DNA of 10,838 nt from Candidatus Iainarchaeum sp. GTDB taxonomy: Archaea; Iainarchaeota; Iainarchaeia; Iainarchaeales; CSSED10-239. The stretch spans positions 1 through 10,838 of the forward strand of contig JAQVTI010000018.1 of NCBI GenBank assembly GCA_028700115.1. The letters are read 5' to 3'. This document shows positions 8,225-10,838 of the stretch, piece by piece. The position numbers were made by a program, and so were the translations under genes. The first letter of the stretch is position 1. Every line of letters starts with the position of its first letter. Under the pieces are notes generated by a model. The model saw only the letters and a list, made by a program, of their open reading frames with translations, had not been told where the DNA came from and did not search any database.

Positions 8225-8668
8225 TATAAATTTTAATACTTCTTTACCTATAGTTGATTTGGTTGAACTGTATTTTTTTAATTTAAAATCTTTTTTGATT
8301 AGGTCATTTAATTCAGTAAGCTTATTTCCATTTAAAAAAAGAAGACAACCTTCTTTTGCAAAATTTTCTGCAATTTCGTGATTATCTACTGCTTTAGGAT
8401 TGGATATACAGATTATCTTTTTATTTTTATTTAATAATTCTAAAAGTGTTCCTGCTCCTGTGTGAGTTATTATAATGTCTGCCCAAGAGTAGTCTTTAGC
8501 TAAACTTTTCTTAAATTTATAATGTTTTGTGTGCTTAGGGTTGTAATTGCCTACTCCTGTTTGACAAACAACATCATATTTTTGGTCTTTATTTATCTTA
8601 TCTATTTCTTTTATCAAAGAATCAAATTCTAATACTGATCCGGTGGTTACAAAGATTTTAGTTTTCAT
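8213..8668 (-). CDS. alg13: Alg13-like (PssE/Cps14G-type) catalytic subunit of a two-component glycosyltransferase
   Basis: 151 aa. KIFVTTGSVLEFDSLIKEI and WADIIITHTGAGTLLELLNKNKKIICISNPKAVDNHEIAENFAKEG (GT28 C-terminal/Alg13 motifs). Adjacent to the Alg14-like gene with an ATGA overlap. Confidence 0.87.
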   Translation of the reverse strand: MKTKIFVTTGSVLEFDSLIKEIDKINKDQKYDVVCQTGVGNYNPKHTKHYKFKKSLAKDYSWADIIITHTGAGTLLELLNKNKKIICISNPKAVDNHEIAENFAKEGCLLFLNGNKLTELNDLIKKDFKLKKYSSTKSTIGKEVLKFILKS

Positions 8669-9150
8669 TTTAATCTCCCACAGTATTTTGCTTTTGGATA
8701 ATTCTTTAAATTATCTTTCCATTGAACGAAAAACAAATTTGCAATAGGATAAATCAATTTGCCAGATATTGATTTCTTTGTAACTCTTGACCAACTTTCA
8801 ATAAATATTATCTTTTTATTTAATAGTTTTCCAGCATAACTAAATGGAATTGCAATTCCAGGGCCTGCAGAAATAACTACGTCAATTTTGTGTTTTTTAA
8901 TTATTTCTAATGCTTTAAAAAATAATTTAGTAGTTTTAATCAAATATTTAATTTTTGAATCTTTAATTTCCCTTGGGCGATTAACATAGATTATTTTTCC
9001 AGGGAATATTATCTTGTTTTTAGATAGTTTATCGTTCTTTTGAATCACATATATATACTTTATTTTGTCTTTCAATTCTTTGGATAACTCTATCATTTGA
9101 GCAGTATGGCCGCCAGAACCCAAAATAAATAAAACATTTTGTTTATTCAT
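8665..9150 (-). CDS. alg14: Alg14-like (PssD/Cps14F-type) membrane/acceptor-binding subunit of a two-component glycosyltransferase
   Basis: 161 aa. NVLFILGSGGHTAQMIEL, DVVISAGPGIAIPFSYAGKLL, IIFIESWSRVTKKSISGKLIYPIANLFFVQW; these match the canonical Alg14 motifs GSGGHTxEM, GPGxxxP, ES.xRV..xSxSGKL...FxVQW. Confidence 0.9.
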   Translation of the reverse strand: MNKQNVLFILGSGGHTAQMIELSKELKDKIKYIYVIQKNDKLSKNKIIFPGKIIYVNRPREIKDSKIKYLIKTTKLFFKALEIIKKHKIDVVISAGPGIAIPFSYAGKLLNKKIIFIESWSRVTKKSISGKLIYPIANLFFVQWKDNLKNYPKAKYCGRLK

Positions 9151-10588
9151 TTTTTAACATTTCCTTTATTTGTTTTATAGTTATTGCTTTTGTTAAAAAT
9201 AGTGTGGCTATATAAATTAATCCGCCAACAGCAATTGTTATTAATACATCGAAGTTATTGTGAAGTATTCCTTTTGGGAAAAAGGATGTGAAAATAATTA
9301 TTCCAAGTAACATCAAAGCGCTAGCTAAGATGGGCTTAAAGGTTTGAGAGAGATAATTAATCTTTATAATGGCTCTAATCTTTATGTAACTACCGATAAA
9401 TATTACAATTTCAGAAATTATTGTTGTGATCGCAGCACCAACTATTCCAAGCCAAGGGATAAAGATTAAGTTTAATAAGCTGTTTGTAGCTGCCGATAAC
9501 CCTAAAAGCTTTAATGAATATTTTTCTAGATTGTTTGTAATTAATAAATAATAATTTACAACTCCTATTGCGTTTAATAGAAAGAAAAACATTATCAATT
9601 GAAAAGCAAATGTTCCACCAAGGTATTGACTACCAAAGACTAAAGAAATTATCTTTGGAGCAAGATAGATTCCGCCAATTGTTGCTGGGATTATAAAAAG
9701 ATAAAGTAGATACAAATATTTTTTAACAATTGATTCTAACTTTGGTTTGTTATTTGAAAAATTAGAAAGAACCGGGAAAAAAGTTGTATTTATTATCGCA
9801 AGAATACTTAGTAAGAAGCCTATAAAAGTATAACTTATTGAATATAGTCCTGTTGCATAGTTTCCTTTAAAATAGGTTAGAAAGACTCTGTCAATATTAA
9901 AATAAATCATCCAGAAGATGCTTGTTAGAATAAAAGGACTTGCAAGAATTACTTTCTCTTTAATGTATTTTTTATTAATATTTAATCTTTTTATTTTTAT
10001 AAATTTTTTAATAGCAAAAAAAGAAAACACAAACATAAAGAAACCAGAAACTGCACTTGCAACAATTACCCCAAATAATTTGTAGTTAAATATAATGACA
10101 ATTATCGCTCCAATAGTGTATGCTAATTTTTGAACTATATCTGACAGGGCTTGATATTTAATTTCTTGAAATCCGTTTAGAAAAGCAAGATTAAAATTAC
10201 CTAATAAAAAAAAACCTATTCCTATTGTATAAATCACTATTTGTTCTAATGTTGGAGGAGATTTAAGAAATAAAGCAAAGATAAAAACAATAAACACAAA
10301 AACAAAAGAAATTAATATTCTAAATAAAAACAGATTATTAAAATATTCGCTTGCTTTCTTTGTATTTTTGGAAATGTCTTTAATGATTAGGGTCTGTAAC
10401 CCTAAATCTCCAATTATTGAAAATAAACCAACAAAGGAGATTATGAAATTAAGCTGACCGTATCCTTCAACCCCTAAGTATCTGGGAATTAAAGTTATTG
10501 TAACGATTGATAGAAGATATATTATTATCTTTGAAATTGTTAACCATTTTATATTTTTTATAATAGTTTTCTTTTCGTGTTCTTCCAT
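9143..10588 (-). CDS. Wzx-like oligosaccharide flippase / polysaccharide transporter (MOP superfamily)
   Basis: 481 aa, about 12-14 hydrophobic segments. N-terminal ISKIIIYLLSIVTITLIPRYLGVEGYGQLNFIISFVGLFSIIGDLGLQTLIIKDISK is typical of Wzx/RfbX proteins. Confidence 0.93.
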   Translation of the reverse strand: MEEHEKKTIIKNIKWLTISKIIIYLLSIVTITLIPRYLGVEGYGQLNFIISFVGLFSIIGDLGLQTLIIKDISKNTKKASEYFNNLFLFRILISFVFVFIVFIFALFLKSPPTLEQIVIYTIGIGFFLLGNFNLAFLNGFQEIKYQALSDIVQKLAYTIGAIIVIIFNYKLFGVIVASAVSGFFMFVFSFFAIKKFIKIKRLNINKKYIKEKVILASPFILTSIFWMIYFNIDRVFLTYFKGNYATGLYSISYTFIGFLLSILAIINTTFFPVLSNFSNNKPKLESIVKKYLYLLYLFIIPATIGGIYLAPKIISLVFGSQYLGGTFAFQLIMFFFLLNAIGVVNYYLLITNNLEKYSLKLLGLSAATNSLLNLIFIPWLGIVGAAITTIISEIVIFIGSYIKIRAIIKINYLSQTFKPILASALMLLGIIIFTSFFPKGILHNNFDVLITIAVGGLIYIATLFLTKAITIKQIKEMLKNE

Positions 10589-10627
10589 ATTTAGCTTTTT
10601 CTCTCTATTTTAATATAAATATATTTT

Positions 10628-10650
10628 ACAAATATTTATTAAGTATTTGT
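10628..10650. repeat. Imperfect inverted repeat in the divergent flippase/GtrA-like intergenic region
   Basis: acaaatattt-att-aagtatttgt: 10-nt arms with one mismatch (G.U wobble in RNA) around a 3-nt spacer. Confidence 0.5.
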
Positions 10651-10665
10651 ATTTAAATTATATCT

Positions 10666-10838
10666 GTGAAGTTAAACTTAATTACTAAATTAATTAAAAA
10701 AATTCCAATTGTTAATAGATTTGATAAATTATTTTGGAGTTATCTTTTTATTTCAGTTATTGCTACAATCGTAGATGTTTTGTTTTTATTCTTACTTACT
10801 GATGTTGTTAAGATTAATTATCTTGTTTCTGGAACAAT
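10666..10838 (+). CDS. GtrA-like membrane protein (partial, runs off the window, GTG start)
   Basis: Open frame not in the supplied track: MKLNLITKLIKKIPIVNRFDKLFWSYLFISVIATIVDVLFLFLLTDVVKINYLVSGT... It resembles the first TM segments of GtrA-like proteins (FxxVGxxxTxxDxxxxxLLxxxxxxxYLxxxxx). Confidence 0.6.
   Translation, partial: MKLNLITKLIKKIPIVNRFDKLFWSYLFISVIATIVDVLFLFLLTDVVKINYLVSGT

Noticed and set aside
1-10838. Defence system, CRISPR array, mobile element or tRNA/rRNA
   Set aside because: No regularly spaced repeats, nuclease/helicase/toxin motifs, transposase motifs or recognisable structural RNA were seen. The content is consistently glycan biosynthesis.

Overview
AT-rich prokaryotic surface-glycan or glycoconjugate biosynthesis locus. 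It contains ten complete CDSs plus a partial CDS at each edge, in alternating strand blocks. In order: the 3' end of an unidentified CDS; an FkbM-type methyltransferase (+); a four-gene minus-strand block (5578 to 1036) of two GT4-like glycosyltransferases, a membrane-anchored D-glucuronyl C5-epimerase-like protein and a radical SAM/SPASM protein; a divergent plus-strand pair (class I SAM methyltransferase and AsnB-type glutamine-dependent amidotransferase); a minus-strand trio (Wzx-type flippase, Alg14-like, Alg13-like); and the start of a GtrA-like membrane protein. The most interesting point is the combination of a heparan/heparosan-type uronyl C5-epimerase homologue, an adjacent radical SAM enzyme and an AsnB amidotransferase. 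This suggests a glycan containing epimerised and/or amidated uronic acid. The window has no obvious initiating glycosyl-1-phosphate transferase, polymerase, oligosaccharyltransferase, CRISPR, tRNA/rRNA, mobile element or defence system. The host lineage cannot be fixed from this sequence; low GC and the Alg13/Alg14 motifs would fit a DPANN-like archaeon or a low-GC bacterium. All calls come from reading protein motifs by eye, with no database search.
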